Shown one piece after another: positions 62,184-64,000 of a stretch of 64,000 bases of DNA. Source of the stretch: a virus; IMG/VR virus record IMGVR_UViG_3300002026_000045, positions 40,159-104,158 of that record. One strand, 5' to 3'. Each line of letters starts with the position of its first letter. Position 1 is the first letter of the stretch. Made by a program: the position numbers and the translations under genes. The notes beneath the pieces were generated by a model that saw only the letters and a list, made by a program, of their open reading frames with translations, searched no databases and was not told the DNA's origin.

Positions 62184-63740
62184 TTATGTTATTAAATTAC
62201 TCATGGTCCTAAACCATATTGCCGACCCAGGAGTAGCTGATTCAGGTAAATTAATTAGCCCTTTTTTAGCATCTTCCCTTGCTTGTGCCAACTTAGCTTC
62301 TTTATTTGGATCGTTAGCTAAAGCTCGCATAATTGTTTTAACTGATGCCAAATCTGCAGATGTTGCTTGTGGCCCAATTAAAATTTTTGCTACATCATCT
62401 TTATTATCAGCAACTAGTTTGTTTGTCGTCCTGTCAACTAATTTACCTTCAAATGGGCTAAATTTTAACCCAAGTGCTTTTGCCAATGACGAGTACATTA
62501 TAAATAACTGCCCTCCTTTAAATTCTGGATCAGCATACTGTCCAGGAAGGTTGTTTTTAAAATCTCCATGTTGATGAAAAGGTGCAACTCGCTGTGCGTC
62601 AGGAATTACCATAACGTCAACTTGAACAAAAGTTCCGCCAGGCACTGGCATCCTTACATGCACATTTCTACCAGATAACGCGCATTGATACCCTTTTGCT
62701 TCAATATATTTTTTTAATTCTACTTTGGCAACTTTGTCATCTTTTGCTTTAAAATACTCTGCAATTAATGCAGCATCAACAAACACATCCATATCACCTG
62801 ACTGTACTTTAAACCCAGCACTGCCAATATGGGGAATAATTTTAATTCCAGGTGGCATTAATTTTTGGATTGTTGTTATTATTCCCGGCACATATTCTTT
62901 TTTAATTGCCGTTACGTCATCAAAAACGTTCCCGCCCTCTGCAAGAATAGATTCTATTAGTTTGTGAGTTTGCGCATTAATAGATTCTGTCGTTTTCCCA
63001 GTTGCTGCTCGTTGCGCTCTAGCGGCGGCAATAAGATCCAATGTCTTTTTGTCACCAGATTTTGTAGCTTGATTGAACGCTGGAGTAAGATCATCTTGCA
63101 CTGTGCTAGTTGATGTGCCTGAGTCAGGGGAAGCAGGAGTTGTGTTACTAATTGACCATCCATTTTGCAACCATGATTGAACTGTAGACGAATGCACATA
63201 GCGGTATTGAGTTTCTAACCCATTGCGTTTCAATTCAATTGTTTCAAACCCTGCCGGGGGGCCAGTTAAATTAGAATGCTTTGGCACTATAACGTCGTCT
63301 GGTGAAGGTGAAGGGCCAGGTGAAGGGCCAGGTGAAGGTGAAGGGCCAGGTGAAGGTGAAGGTGTTGACCCACCATTGGTTACAGTGATCCCTAACGATT
63401 TAAGTCGGTCAGACAAAGTAAACGTCAAATCACGATGCTTTTGCATAGTAGAACTGCGTAACAACTTACTTACTGCATCATAAATATCAGATAATTCAAT
63501 TGAATTTCCATTTCGTGTAGCTTTAGATACCAAAACTTGTTGCAATCTCTTTACCTTAGGAGAATCTTCAAACGGAGTCGGAAACTTATATGGAGAAAAT
63601 GCGTTTCCTCCTGTGCGAGGAGCTAAGTTATCTTGAGAATTGTTTGCTGAAGCTTTTAATTGGTTAGCAAAATTTGTCGCGCCTAGGCCAGCCGCAAGGC
63701 TATCCCAAAATCCCTCAGTAACAACTTCGTTAATTTTCAT
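62184..63740 (-). CDS. Multidomain protein with C-terminal nucleotidyltransferase
   Basis: MKINEVVTE; PSPSPG linker; EGGNVF, IGSAG...SGDMDV, VQVDVM, KG. Confidence 0.75.
   Translation of the reverse strand: MKINEVVTEGFWDSLAAGLGATNFANQLKASANNSQDNLAPRTGGNAFSPYKFPTPFEDSPKVKRLQQVLVSKATRNGNSIELSDIYDAVSKLLRSSTMQKHRDLTFTLSDRLKSLGITVTNGGSTPSPSPGPSPSPGPSPGPSPSPDDVIVPKHSNLTGPPAGFETIELKRNGLETQYRYVHSSTVQSWLQNGWSISNTTPASPDSGTSTSTVQDDLTPAFNQATKSGDKKTLDLIAAARAQRAATGKTTESINAQTHKLIESILAEGGNVFDDVTAIKKEYVPGIITTIQKLMPPGIKIIPHIGSAGFKVQSGDMDVFVDAALIAEYFKAKDDKVAKVELKKYIEAKGYQCALSGRNVHVRMPVPGGTFVQVDVMVIPDAQRVAPFHQHGDFKNNLPGQYADPEFKGGQLFIMYSSLAKALGLKFSPFEGKLVDRTTNKLVADNKDDVAKILIGPQATSADLASVKTIMRALANDPNKEAKLAQAREDAKKGLINLPESATPGSAIWFRTMSNLIT
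63301..63363. repeat. 6/12-bp tandem repeats encoding a Pro-Ser/Gly linker
   Basis: ggtgaa/gggcca units. Confidence 0.85.
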
Positions 63741-63978
63741 TTTTTAATTTACGGATACCTCGCACAAATTTAGCAGTATCCTGGCCCTTAATGCTATTTA
63801 TTAGTCTTCGCTCTAATTCAGAAGCAGTCTCAGCATCATAGTTTTCCCGCAATGTGTTTATTAAATTTATAGCACCTTGTATAATATGAGTTGCTCTTGA
63901 TTCTATTAAATGTTCCTTATCGCGATGGATAAGAAAACTATCTAATTCATCAAGTATTGACCGTGTTTTCTTCTGCAA
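63730..63978 (-). CDS. Conserved hypothetical phage protein
   Basis: MQKKTRSILDEL...IESRA..II..AINL. Confidence 0.65.
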   Translation of the reverse strand: MQKKTRSILDELDSFLIHRDKEHLIESRATHIIQGAINLINTLRENYDAETASELERRLINSIKGQDTAKFVRGIRKLKNEN

Positions 63979-64000
63979 TTTGTTACTCCAATGTGCATTA

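Noticed and set aside
1-64000. Alternative genetic code
   Set aside because: Standard code gives dense full-length genes, and TAA, TAG and TGA all end recognisable proteins

Overview
Gene-dense, AT-rich segment of a large T4-like (myovirus/jumbo-type) bacteriophage genome, almost all on the minus strand. Phage markers include rIIA/rIIB, PAAR, glutaredoxin with a class II ribonucleotide reductase, a SleB-type wall hydrolase, GIY-YIG homing endonucleases, sigma70-type early promoters and T4-like (T)ATAAATA late promoters. The host is probably a flagellated proteobacterium, possibly a betaproteobacterium (inference). Highlights: (1) a split fibronectin-III trio at 42.4-43.1 kb whose sequence suggests a donor-strand-complemented filament (anchor with three donor strands, self-polymerising subunit, cap); (2) a fliS-fliC-flaG flagellin cassette; (3) smpB followed by a circularly permuted two-piece tmRNA with an unusually long (~32 aa) tag; (4) about 15 proteins carrying a T4-internal-protein-like capsid-targeting N-terminus, fused to GNAT, kinase, ADP-ribosyltransferase-like, nucleotidyltransferase and ligase-like domains; (5) a phasin-like operon with a PhaR-type operator; (6) repeated early-promoter cassettes and many apparently leaderless genes. 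All calls come from manual motif recognition; no database searches were run.
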